From Nitrospirales bacterium (GTDB lineage: Bacteria; Nitrospirota; Nitrospiria; Nitrospirales; UBA8639), in contig OY820905.2 of assembly GCA_963555755.3 (NCBI GenBank), positions 4,256,001 through 4,320,000 of the forward strand: 64,000 nucleotides of DNA. The letters run 5' to 3'. This document shows positions 49,681-59,771 of this stretch, piece after piece. The position numbers were made by a program, and so were the translations under genes. The first letter of the stretch is position 1. Every line of letters begins with the position of its first letter. The notes beneath the pieces were generated by a model that made no database searches, was not told the DNA's origin, and worked only from the letters and a program-made list of their open reading frames with translations.

Positions 49681-50613
49681 TGATGGGCAAGCGCCTTGGT
49701 AATTCTGTTGGGTTGGTGCCAGCACGCGACTCATGTCAGATTCTCTCGGCAGTTTAGGGCTTAACCCCAGATTACACGAGTTCAGAGGCCCATCGTGATT
49801 AGTAGATTTTCTGGTATGGTGATTGATTGTTGGTGATGCAAAAACGATAATCCTTTAAAAAAAATAGCAACAAATCATTGACTTTTAAAGGAAAATTTAG
49901 TATTTGAAGGCTCGAACCTTGTGCATCCTCTATCATTTTACCTCATAACCCACATAGCAACAAATCGGAGCGGGTTACCCATGCGAAAAAAGGCGGTTCA
50001 TGATACCAACTGGTAGAATACAATGGTTGGTTGTTATCGTAGTCGTTTTCGTCTTTGTATTTCCCGTTCCCAATACACAAGCCGTTCTGGACATAGATGC
50101 TTCGTTGTCTGTGGCTGAGCGATACACGGACAATCTCTTTTTTACCTTTGCCAATAAGCGTGATGATTTTGGGACATTTGTGACGCCCAGTGTCAGTGCG
50201 GTTTTTTCCAATAAGGACATTAAGGTGGGGATGAGGTATGCTGCCAGTGCCCAGTTTTACCTCAATAATACACAAGCCGACTCCGTGTCTCATGGAACCA
50301 ACATGATCATTGATCTCCCTTTTCTTAATAGAAAATTCAAAAATTTGGAAGTTCGCATTAACGAATCCTTTAACCTTTCCCCTTCCCTGCCGGCTTTTTC
50401 AGAGAATAGTCGTCGCTTTACAGGGGTCGGAGGGGCTGGTGGTGGAGTTGGCGGAGCCGGAACCGGAGGGGCTGGGCAAGGTCAGCTCGGAGGTATTGGA
50501 AGTTTGGCTGGCAACTCCTTGGGCAATCAAGGGATCATTAACCAGCGTTCTTCGTCGCTTTCTTTTCAAAATCGAGCGAGAATACTAGTCATATATCATT
50601 TCGATCCACGCTG

Positions 50614-52000
50614 GAGCTATTGTCAAATCTAGTGTCTGAAGCGTTACTCACGCGGCGACCGGGTCCGTGGTTGTCTGTTCGATTCCATCGATAAATTGAA
50701 TGTCCGCAACGACTTTGGGCAACTCTCGGAATCCTCGCAAGCGCCTCCATGTTTTCTCTGCGCATTGACCTAACTTGAACATCATGTGCAATATGCCATC
50801 TCGCGTGAGACATCCCTTTGTGCGGATCGTCCGATGCCGAATCGTTCCAAAGGTCGATTCGATGGGATTGGTGGTCCGGAGACTCGGCCAATGGGCAGCC
50901 GGAAACGTATAGAACATCAGGAGCTCCTCTCGATCTTTCTGCAAACAGGCTGTGGCCTTGGGATATTTGAGCTCATAGGTGTTGAGGAATACATCAACGG
51001 CTTGCTCCGCCAACCCTTTGGTCTCAGACCGCCAGATGTCTTGTACGGCCTGCTTGGCTTTGGATTGCACACTTTTGGGCAGCGCATTTAAGACATTCTG
51101 TGTCTTGTGGCACCAACACCGTTGATGCCGCGTCACCGGGAAGATTTCTTCCAGGGCCGCCCAGAAGCCGAGGGCGCCATCCCCAACAGCCAAGGCGGGC
51201 GCGTTCAGCCCGCGGGCTTTCAGATGCCACAGGACTTCCCGCCAACTTTGGGTGGACTCACGAATCCCGTCTTCCATCGCTAAGAGATGTTTCTCCCCGG
51301 AGGCAGTCATGCCGATCACGACCAATGCACATAAGCGCTGCTCTTCAGCTCGTACGCCACTATAGATCCCATCGACCCAGATATAGACCCACTGGTCGGC
51401 ATCGAGTCGACGTTGTCGCCAGATGGTATACTCCTTCCGCCAGATCTGCTTGAGCCGAGCCACCGTACTGGCGGACAGCCCCTTGGCCTCTGGGCCCACG
51501 AGGACTTCCAGAGCCGGTTGCATCTCTCCCGTCGAGATGCCTTTTAAGTACAGCCATGGGATCGCCGCTTCCAAGCTAGCCGACTTGCGCACATACGGGG
51601 GGACCAGCGCCGAGTGAAACGTGACCGGTTTGCCCTGGCGACTCCGTACTTTTGGGACTTGTACGGTCACCGGCCCAATGCCCGTCTGAATGTCGCGCGT
51701 AGGATGATGGCCGCTGAGGACAACCCTCGCATGCCCCTGTTCCGTTGACTGGTCTGCATAGGTCGCCAAGAGCTCGGCCACCTCCGCTTTCAGGGCTTGG
51801 GCAAGAAGCTTCTGCGCCCCTGTTCGAATCAACTCCGTCAGCGAATCGGTCCTTCCTCGATCTTCTTCCTCTGATTTGGTACATTCCTGCATCGTGGCGT
51901 CTCTCCTTTGTGGTTGTGGTGGATGTCTCGCAACACCCATTTCAACCCGAAACGCCACGTGTTTTCAACTGATCCTAGACACTACTTTCAAGTATAACTC
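50614..52000 (-). mobile_element. IS256-family insertion sequence
   Basis: Imperfect inverted repeats GAG(C/T)TAT...TAGTGTCT; 8-bp target duplication CCACGCTG at 50606-50613 and 52001-52008. Confidence 0.93.
50648..51958 (-). CDS. IS256-family transposase
   Basis: YIWVDGIY, AVGDGALGFW, QRCWCHK, RTTNPIES; start may be the internal ATG (MQECTK). Confidence 0.95.
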   Translation of the reverse strand: MAFRVEMGVARHPPQPQRRDATMQECTKSEEEDRGRTDSLTELIRTGAQKLLAQALKAEVAELLATYADQSTEQGHARVVLSGHHPTRDIQTGIGPVTVQVPKVRSRQGKPVTFHSALVPPYVRKSASLEAAIPWLYLKGISTGEMQPALEVLVGPEAKGLSASTVARLKQIWRKEYTIWRQRRLDADQWVYIWVDGIYSGVRAEEQRLCALVVIGMTASGEKHLLAMEDGIRESTQSWREVLWHLKARGLNAPALAVGDGALGFWAALEEIFPVTRHQRCWCHKTQNVLNALPKSVQSKAKQAVQDIWRSETKGLAEQAVDVFLNTYELKYPKATACLQKDREELLMFYTFPAAHWPSLRTTNPIESTFGTIRHRTIRTKGCLTRDGILHMMFKLGQCAEKTWRRLRGFRELPKVVADIQFIDGIEQTTTDPVAA

Positions 52001-52853
52001 CCACGCTGGAATACCAGTGTTCAATATGCCAATACATATCGAAGTGGCAATTCCTCCCAAGATTCCATCTCTCATGCCATTCGAACACAAATTGGATATA
52101 AAATTTCTGAAATTACGAAGGTAAGGGGAGGGTATAGTCTTCGCCTCAATGAATTTATTGGTGGTGGAGGGGGTACGACATCTGGGACTGCCACCAGAGG
52201 AAATGCCACGAGCCATTCTCTCAACGTTGGTGCTGACCATCTTTTGCAACCAACCATTCCGGTAAACGTGAGGGTTGCGGCAACGGTAACAGAGACGGAA
52301 GCGTCAACGACTCGTCTGAATTTTACTGGAAGCGGGAGTATCTCCAAAATATTTTCCGGTGGAGTGATCAGCCTTCGGGTCAACCAACGTATTGGAACTG
52401 GCGGTGGACTCGCAGCCTCAACGACCCTTAATCAAACCGCAGTGCTGACGGCTTTTAAAACCCTTACGCGTTTCATAAGCGCTTTTCTCAATTTTGGCTA
52501 TAGCCGGAACCGTTCATTGGCTGGCTCGACGATTGAAATTGATACCTATCAATTCCGAGGCGGAGCCAGTCTTAGGTTGTTGGAGTGGCTCAACGGAGGC
52601 GTGACCTATTCCTACACAAATCAAGACTCCAAAAGTTCAGTCGGAAACACCGCTTCAAGCAATTCGATTTTTGTTGGTCTCACGGCTACAGCCGATACCT
52701 TTAAATTCTTTAAGTAGTCGGTTCCTTTCGTTCCAAGTCCTTTCTTTCAGCATCTCCTTGTCAGGTCTGTTGTTTGGATTCCTTTGATGATCATCTGATT
52801 GTCAAAGAATCATCATTTTCTGGGCCGTTCCCAGTTTAATAATTTTCCTTGCC

Positions 52854-53780
52854 ATGATGAAGAATAAACTTCCAATCGGGCTTTCCGTCGTTGTCCCCAT
52901 TTACAACGAAGAGAAAAGCATTGGCCTCTTATATACTTCCATTCGGGATGCGTGCGAGGCAGTGCCACAGCATTACGAAATCATTTTTATCGATGACGGG
53001 AGTCGAGATAACAGTTTTTCTGAGCTTGAAGCGCTTCATCAAAAAGATCCACATGTCAAAGTCATTCGCTTTCGGAAAAATTATGGGCAAACGGCTGCTA
53101 TGGCCACGGGGTTTCGAGCTGCTCGTGGTGACGTCGTGGTGAGTATGGATGGCGATTTACAAAATGATCCAGTGGATATTCCTCGGCTCTTGGCAAAGAT
53201 CGATGACGGATATGATGTGGTGTGCGGGTGGAGAAAAGCCCGAAAGGATAAACTCATTTCGCGAAAAATTCCTTCCTGGATTGCCAACTGGATTATTGGC
53301 AAAATTACTCAAGTCCCTATTCACGATAATGGCTGTTCGCTTAAGGCCTATCGAAAGAAGATCATTAAGCAGGTTTCCTTGTATTCGGAGCTCCATCGGT
53401 TTATTCCCGCGATGTCAAGCCTTGCGGGAGCTCGCATCACCGAAATTGTGGTGACCCACCACGCCAGACAGTTTGGTGTAAGCAAATATGGAATTTCTCG
53501 TGCCTGGAAAGTCCTTTCCGACCTGTTTCTCATTAAGTTGCTCACGGGGTTTGTGACACGGCCATCCTTATGGTTCGGCTTGGGGGCGCTATGTGCCCTA
53601 CTGGTAGGTGTGGGTGGAATGTTGGGAGGAATGATTGTCGGCGTAGGGGGAATTACTTTCCTGACAGTCGCCTTTCTCTTTTGTAGTTTGGCAGGGCATT
53701 TACTTGTGATGGGTATATTAGGCGAGGTCATTGTCGAGACTGGAAATTATCGTCCTTCCAAAATGATCGTGGTTCAGTAG
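52854..53780 (+). CDS. GT2 polyprenyl-phosphate glycosyltransferase (ArnC/DPM1-like)
   Basis: VVPIYNEE, IDDGSRD, NYGQ, DGDLQNDP, ELHRFIP, two C-terminal TMs. Confidence 0.92.
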   Translation: MMKNKLPIGLSVVVPIYNEEKSIGLLYTSIRDACEAVPQHYEIIFIDDGSRDNSFSELEALHQKDPHVKVIRFRKNYGQTAAMATGFRAARGDVVVSMDGDLQNDPVDIPRLLAKIDDGYDVVCGWRKARKDKLISRKIPSWIANWIIGKITQVPIHDNGCSLKAYRKKIIKQVSLYSELHRFIPAMSSLAGARITEIVVTHHARQFGVSKYGISRAWKVLSDLFLIKLLTGFVTRPSLWFGLGALCALLVGVGGMLGGMIVGVGGITFLTVAFLFCSLAGHLLVMGILGEVIVETGNYRPSKMIVVQ

Positions 53781-53822
53781 TAGTCACAACGAAATTCCCA
53801 TTCTAGTAGAGGAGTTCCAATC

Positions 53823-54818
53823 ATGGCTGTGTTCACCAAGGAATCTGCAACTGGTCAGTATTCACTCACGTTCAATGAACCGAAGTGTGTGGGCGTCTCC
53901 ATTGTCATCCCTGTCACAGAACGGTGCGACGATCTTATCGAGATCTATCGCGTCCATAAGGATATTTTGAACTGTCGTGGAGTGGAAAGCGAATTTATTT
54001 TTGTGATTGATGGAGGGTTTGAATGGGAAGGGGACAGGGTTCGTGCGCTGGCACACAAGGAAGAATTCGTTCGAGTGATCCAATTGTCCAGACCATTTGG
54101 TGAAGCCACGGCTCTGGCAGTGGGGTTTGAACAGGCAGAAGGTGATGTGGTGGTGACTATGCCTTCGTATTTTCAAACGATACCTGAAGGCTTGGATACC
54201 GTTCTCAATGCACTAGACCAGGACTGTGATGTCGCGATTGCCCGACGCTGGCCACGGCATGATCGTTGGGTCAATAAAATGCAAAACTCTGGGTTTCATT
54301 TTGTCCTTCGTTGGTTTACGGGAGTGAGGTTTCATGATCTAGGTTGTGGCTTACGGGGAATGAAGAAACGAGTGACGTGTGAGCTTCAACTATACGGCGA
54401 TTTACATCGATTCATCCCGTTACTCGCCTATCAACGAGGGTTTCGAGTTCGGGAAGTCGATGTGTCTCAACATCAAGCTGATCAATCGACAAGAATTTAC
54501 AAGCCAGGTGTCTATTTGCGTCGCCTTCTGGATATTCTCACGGTGGCATTTTTGTTCAAATTTACGAAAAAGCCTCTGCGGTTTTTCGGTCTGATTGGGG
54601 CTGGCTTATTTTTTGCCGGGTTCGCCCTTTCTTCATATCTCGCCATGGAGAAGATATTGGGAATAAGTGGACTTGCCGATCGCCCCATGTTGATTTTGGG
54701 TGTCCTGCTGATGGTCTTAGGGGTGCAGACAGGCTCCCTTGGGCTCCTCGGAGAAATAATCATTTTTACCCACGCACGGAAAATGAAGGACTATACGATT
54801 GAAAAATTCCTCAAATAG
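53823..54818 (+). CDS. GT2 ArnC/DPM1-like glycosyltransferase (divergent, lacks DxD)
   Basis: SIVIP, VIDG, FGEA.AL..G, DLHRFIP, KPLRFFG; MPSYFQ replaces the usual DxD.Q. Confidence 0.85.
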   Translation: MAVFTKESATGQYSLTFNEPKCVGVSIVIPVTERCDDLIEIYRVHKDILNCRGVESEFIFVIDGGFEWEGDRVRALAHKEEFVRVIQLSRPFGEATALAVGFEQAEGDVVVTMPSYFQTIPEGLDTVLNALDQDCDVAIARRWPRHDRWVNKMQNSGFHFVLRWFTGVRFHDLGCGLRGMKKRVTCELQLYGDLHRFIPLLAYQRGFRVREVDVSQHQADQSTRIYKPGVYLRRLLDILTVAFLFKFTKKPLRFFGLIGAGLFFAGFALSSYLAMEKILGISGLADRPMLILGVLLMVLGVQTGSLGLLGEIIIFTHARKMKDYTIEKFLK

Positions 54819-55045
54819 TGATCGCTATCAATGTGTGATGCTACCCCTCAAGGAGGGACTCATACGGCTGCCGGATTTGAGTAACTATCAGCAAGTGACG
54901 CAAGCTGCAATGCCCGAGTAGAAATATTCAAGGGTACCTAGCATCATTGAACGTTGGGATTGAACACGTCACAGCAGGTTGAGCAAGACTGTAAACTTAG
55001 CCACCTGATGCAGTTCCCATCGGCTTGACTAATGGGGTGCCTTCT

Positions 55046-55231
55046 ATGGAAAGAGAACAAATTTTGAAGAATCGGCTTTTAGGGAAAGAATTGATGATTC
55101 TGTTTCTTTTGACCTTAATAGTGCGATTGGTGGGTATCAATCACCTTCCCTTGGATGACGAGATGCCGAAGCCGATTTGCTTGAATCCCACGCCAGACGG
55201 ATACCACTACCTACAGAGTCAAGAATTATGA
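55046..55231 (+). pseudogene. N-terminal fragment of a membrane (ArnT-like) glycosyltransferase
   Basis: LFLLTLIVRLVGINHLPLDDE resembles the first TM and DE motif of GT-C enzymes, then the sequence degenerates. Confidence 0.35.
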
Positions 55232-55754
55232 CTTTTGTCTGGGAATGGCCCTTAATTTCCAAAAAAGCAAAGTGTCATGATGATATTGCGGCATATGCCT
55301 TGCCGGTAATAGGAATAGTAAGAGGGTATCAGGCCATCAATAGGTAATGGAGTGAACTATACTCAGTGGAATAGCTCCATCCCTTTTTCTTGGGTTAAAT
55401 GATTCAGACTTTTAATCACGAGGCAGCCCAGAATCTGGAAAGGTTTTCTTGCGCTGTCATTGAGTTTCAAGGCGCCAATGGCATTACCTGGCGGTGGTGG
55501 TGCCAAGACCTCGAACGAAGTGCGTAGAGGCTTCACTCACTAGTCAGGCCAAATGTCTAGGCAACAATGGCCGACAACGGGCTCTTAATGACTGTACGTG
55601 TGAACAGGTCTATCGCACGCTCCTTGGCATCTTCTTGTTAGAGGTCAGTTGAGAGCGTTGTCAGTTCATCGTCCATCTGAGGCTTTTCCAGTATTGGTAT
55701 TGTTCTCCAAACAATAGGGTCAATTTCTCAAATATTGTTCGATTTATCAAACCA

Positions 55755-57533
55755 ATGAATAACACGACGTCCAAACCGTTTGGGTACTTTTGTTTGCCTA
55801 TCTCCCGTTCAACCCTGGAATCCCTTGCGTTACTCTCAATTTTGGTTCTTGGCGCGGCCCTTCGGTTTTGGAATATTTCGATCGGCCTGCCGACTCTGTA
55901 TGTGCATGATGAAATTTTTGAAGTACACCGTGCGTTAGAACTGCTACGCGGAGAGTATAATTTCTATCGTACCAAAGGCATGTATTTCTATTTCCTCTCC
56001 ATCATGTCTGGTTGCTATGGTGCGTGGTTAGTTTTTCAGGGGTACTTTTCCGATTTGAGTAGTTTTATCACCTACTCACTCGTGCATCCCGGCGATATTG
56101 TTCTCCTTAGCCGCATCCTCACTGCGGTCCTTGGAACATGTTCGATTTTCCTTATCTATCGATTGGGGAAAATCATATTTCCTCACGGTTCTCCGGCACC
56201 TCTCCTGTTGGCGTTAGTTTGGGCGACCTGTGGTTTGGCTGTCTGGCTTTCCAAGTGGGGTCTGATTGAAACAACGCTTTTACTATTCGGACTCCTTTCT
56301 TTTTTCCCCATTCTTCATTTGCTCCATGAGAAGACTCAGAAAAACTATTTGTTGGCAGGGGTCTGCATTGCGGCAGCAACAGCAACAAAAATTTATGGTG
56401 CGGTATTGATCGTGCCACTGGTATTCGCGCATTTCGTTGGTCAAGAAAAACCTCTATCCTTCGACACATTAAAGAGGCAAACCAAGGGGCTCGTGTTGTT
56501 TGCTATCAGCTTTGTCGTGTCCCTCAGTATTTTTAATCCTGCTATCCCATTAAAATTTCTTAGCCAGGGGATCATTCAAGGGATCATCCCAACCTCATCA
56601 ACTGACGGACCAAAGACTCTCCCAATTTTTTTCTATTTCAAATATTTGCGATGGAATCTTGGAAACATCGGGTTGCCAATATTTGCGGTCGGCCTGGTCA
56701 TGGCGGTGGTGAGATTTCAAAAACACGTGTGCGCATGTGCTATTTTTGCTTGCGTCTTCTTTCTCGCTTTGGGGCTTCGACCGGAAGCGATGTTGATTTA
56801 TGACCGGTATTTATTAATTAGTTTGCCCTTCTTTTTTGTCGTAACGATCTATGGTGTTGAAGTCGTAAGAGAAAAAATCCTGTCAGTCGTACTCCATGAC
56901 ACGACACGAGGTGTGGCATCAGTTGGAGTGGTTGTTCTGGTTGCCATTGTGTTTTTTTGGAACGGGTTAAGTTATTTGTTGAATAATCCTGTATTTGGAT
57001 CACCCTTTGTTCCCGTGCAAGTGCAGGCGGTGCAGTGGTTTGAGGAATATGTGCCTGAAGGGGCAACGGTTGTCGTGCGAGGAGAAAGACGGCCCTGGCC
57101 TGGCAATCAGGATATCCCGATCTATGATCTCGAGGCGAATTACTTGCGGCGTTATGAAGTGAAGACGCAGCATGGCGGGACGCCGCCGGAATTCAGGTTT
57201 ATGGTGGATCTTGCAAAAGCCAAAGACATTCTTCGCTATAATTTGATTGTGGAAGATCGCTATGCGATATGGAAACCTCTGCAACATTATATTCAATTAG
57301 GCGCAGAGTATTTTGTCGTTGATGAAAAATATTTTGAGGGAAAGATTGGATTTCGAAGGTCATTAAAGGCCATGAAGTCACGAAGGGCATTCTATCAAGC
57401 ACTGCGCAGTTCGAGTGGCGTGGCACGTATCAATTCCTTTCAAGGCAAAAACGTCACCGGAAGCCACCGAACAATTGAAGTGTATCAAGTTCGTGACCCC
57501 AAAAGGGTGTTGTCAGCAACCTCCCCCCAGTGA
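55755..57533 (+). CDS. ArnT/PMT-like (GT-C) membrane glycosyltransferase
   Basis: LRFW...HDE, many TMs, ATKIYG, DRYLL, periplasmic C-terminal domain. Confidence 0.82.
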   Translation: MNNTTSKPFGYFCLPISRSTLESLALLSILVLGAALRFWNISIGLPTLYVHDEIFEVHRALELLRGEYNFYRTKGMYFYFLSIMSGCYGAWLVFQGYFSDLSSFITYSLVHPGDIVLLSRILTAVLGTCSIFLIYRLGKIIFPHGSPAPLLLALVWATCGLAVWLSKWGLIETTLLLFGLLSFFPILHLLHEKTQKNYLLAGVCIAAATATKIYGAVLIVPLVFAHFVGQEKPLSFDTLKRQTKGLVLFAISFVVSLSIFNPAIPLKFLSQGIIQGIIPTSSTDGPKTLPIFFYFKYLRWNLGNIGLPIFAVGLVMAVVRFQKHVCACAIFACVFFLALGLRPEAMLIYDRYLLISLPFFFVVTIYGVEVVREKILSVVLHDTTRGVASVGVVVLVAIVFFWNGLSYLLNNPVFGSPFVPVQVQAVQWFEEYVPEGATVVVRGERRPWPGNQDIPIYDLEANYLRRYEVKTQHGGTPPEFRFMVDLAKAKDILRYNLIVEDRYAIWKPLQHYIQLGAEYFVVDEKYFEGKIGFRRSLKAMKSRRAFYQALRSSSGVARINSFQGKNVTGSHRTIEVYQVRDPKRVLSATSPQ

Positions 57534-57769
57534 AAGGTTTCCCAAACCCCAGGCAGGTGATTAGGGGAAGTATAGCGAGCGTATTTATTTTTCCGACAAT
57601 GGCTTATCCTATCTTTCAGTAGGCCTGGCATCGTGGGAATCATGAAATTTGCTTGCCATCATAGGCGAATTGGGTTCATCGACTGACTTGCAGGCTCGCC
57701 TTGCTGTGTACCGCGCTCGCTCCAGGATGTAGAAAACCTATGGTATCCATAAATTACGTTTTGTCCATA

Positions 57770-58290
57770 CGGTGAATTTGATGGATGCTTCTATTGCCAA
57801 ATACGAATTTCACAGGTTGAAATCAATGCAAGGTGGGGAATGTATGTGTCTCTTATCCTTTCAAGAACGTGTCTGGGCATCAGGCAAGGTCAGGAACCCA
57901 TCTGTGTCGGTATCCCATTTCCTCAGGCCTTATATCGATAAAGCTTCTGTCATCCCCACCACCAATATAACCAAATCATTATTTTACCTTAGGAAAGAAA
58001 TGGGTGGGGAATGATCTTGAAGTTCGCCTGGTCTTTTGCCGTTTTCTTGTGGAACATATGGCCGCATATTCGAACAACCAATCTGATGGGATCGACCTTT
58101 GCCACTGTTTCCTTACGCACTCCCAAGACCAGTAGCGGTCGCTCCAGATGAACGGTCTTGACCATGGTTTTTTAACTTGGAGGCTGTACGGAAAAAACCT
58201 GAAAGCGGTTGCGGGGCTCTCAAAGCCTCGTGGAGATCATTGAGAAGGACGAATTCGTTACTAGAGAGAGGCTAATCAGGAAAGCTGCTT
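57770..58290 (+). pseudogene. Heavily decayed IS256 transposase remnant
   Basis: WPHIRTTNLMGSTFATV...TVLTMVF*LG..EKT*KRLRG aligns by eye with the C-terminus of the transposase at 50648-51958. Confidence 0.6.
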
Positions 58291-58330
58291 AGTCTTGTCA
58301 AACAAAATTTTTGACAATAGATCCAATAAA

Positions 58331-59771
58331 ATGAGTACAGAAAAGAAACAAACTTCTGAATTTTGGTCTACGGTAAAAGCGGATGTGGGCCGGTTCCGTG
58401 AAGAAGGTTCTAGCCTTCGGGTAGTACTACGAGGATTACTCTCTCAAGGATTTTGGGCATTGTTCGGATACCGGATTTTTCGTTGGTTCCTCGACCATCA
58501 TATTCCTACACAGCCATTCCGGTTTGTGGTGGAAAGGACACTTGAAATGACGACGGGAATTTCCATTCCTGCCGAGGCTCGAATCGGAAAGGGTTTGCGG
58601 ATTCATCACTTTGGTGGAATCATCATACACTCGGATGTGGTCATAGGCGAAGAATGTACAATTTACCAGGGTGTGACTATAGGTGACTTGGGAGGAAGAG
58701 GAGGCGTGCCCAGGATTGGAAGTCGGGTTATTATGGGAGCAGGAGCCAGACTTATTGGGTCTATTGAGGTTGGGGACGATTGTGAAATTGGAGCAAACGC
58801 AGTCGTACGGACTTCGATCCCGTCAGGATGCCTAGCTGTCGGTGTGCCAGCGGTAGTTAAAAAAAAGAAATTCACGACTCATCTAGATGCCAGTGTGAAC
58901 ATAAAACAGTTTATCCCTACCTTAATTCTTACTCAAAACTTTTTGCCTCTTAAAGGTGGAACCGTAACTTGGATGCTTAACACGTATGGACGATATCAGT
59001 CCCGCGAAGCTGTTTTGGTCACTGAACAATGTGACCAGGGAGATGAGGTGGATAAAGCTCTTCCATTTCCAGTTGAACGGATTCCAATGAAATTTGCCAA
59101 TTGGGATCCGACGAACTTAAGCGCATTGCGTGGCTATGTCGACGCTATTTTGAACGTGTGCAAGATTTCTCGTCAGTATGGGGTTAAACAAATTCATGTG
59201 GCAAGGGTGTTGCCAGATGGATTAGTGGCCCTCCTTGTTCGGTGGTTCACTCGAGTGCCCTACCTCCTGTATGCCCATGGTGAAGAAATACAGACACACC
59301 TCACGTCACGTAAATTTTCCTGGCTCATGCCAAAGATCTATAACGGAGCTGCAGCCGTTATTGCCAATTCAACAAATACCAAACACATTTTGGAAAATAT
59401 TGGTATTGATTCCGATAAAATTCATATTATAAATCCCGGAGTTAGCAGTGAACTATTTAATAGTTCTGAACATGCTGGAGACTCAATTCGTCAGCGACAT
59501 AAGCTAAACAATGGACCTGTTTTGTTAACCGTGGGACGATTGCAGCGGCGAAAAGGTCAAGATATGGTCATCAAAGCCCTTCCTGAAATTCTAAAAGTTT
59601 TCCCGACTGCCAAATATCTTATTGTAGGAATTGGTGTCGATGAGGCCTACCTGCAAAATCTTGTGTGTGAATGTGGGATCGCTGACAATGTCGTTTTTGC
59701 AGGGCAAGTTTCTGATAATGAACTCGCTGGGTATTATGCAGCGTGTGATATCTTTATCATGCCCAATCGTC
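58331..59771 (+). pseudogene. CysE/WcaB-like acetyltransferase fused to a GT4 glycosyltransferase, truncated by IS256
   Basis: Hexapeptide repeats (IGKGLRIHHFGGI..., IGANAVV, VGVPA), then FLP..GG, HGEE, VGRL..RKG, DIFIMPN; cut before the expected EGFG motif. Confidence 0.85.

Larger units (their letters stand above)
50000..52717 (+). pseudogene. EPS-associated outer-membrane beta-barrel protein split by IS256
   Basis: Joining 50000-50613 to 52009-52717 restores a 440-aa frame (...HFDPRWNTSVQYAN...); signal peptide, ERYTDN.F motif, beta-strand pattern. Confidence 0.85.

Noticed and set aside
54880..54893. IS66-like end (GTAACTATCAG)
   Set aside because: A single short partial match with no partner end or transposase nearby.
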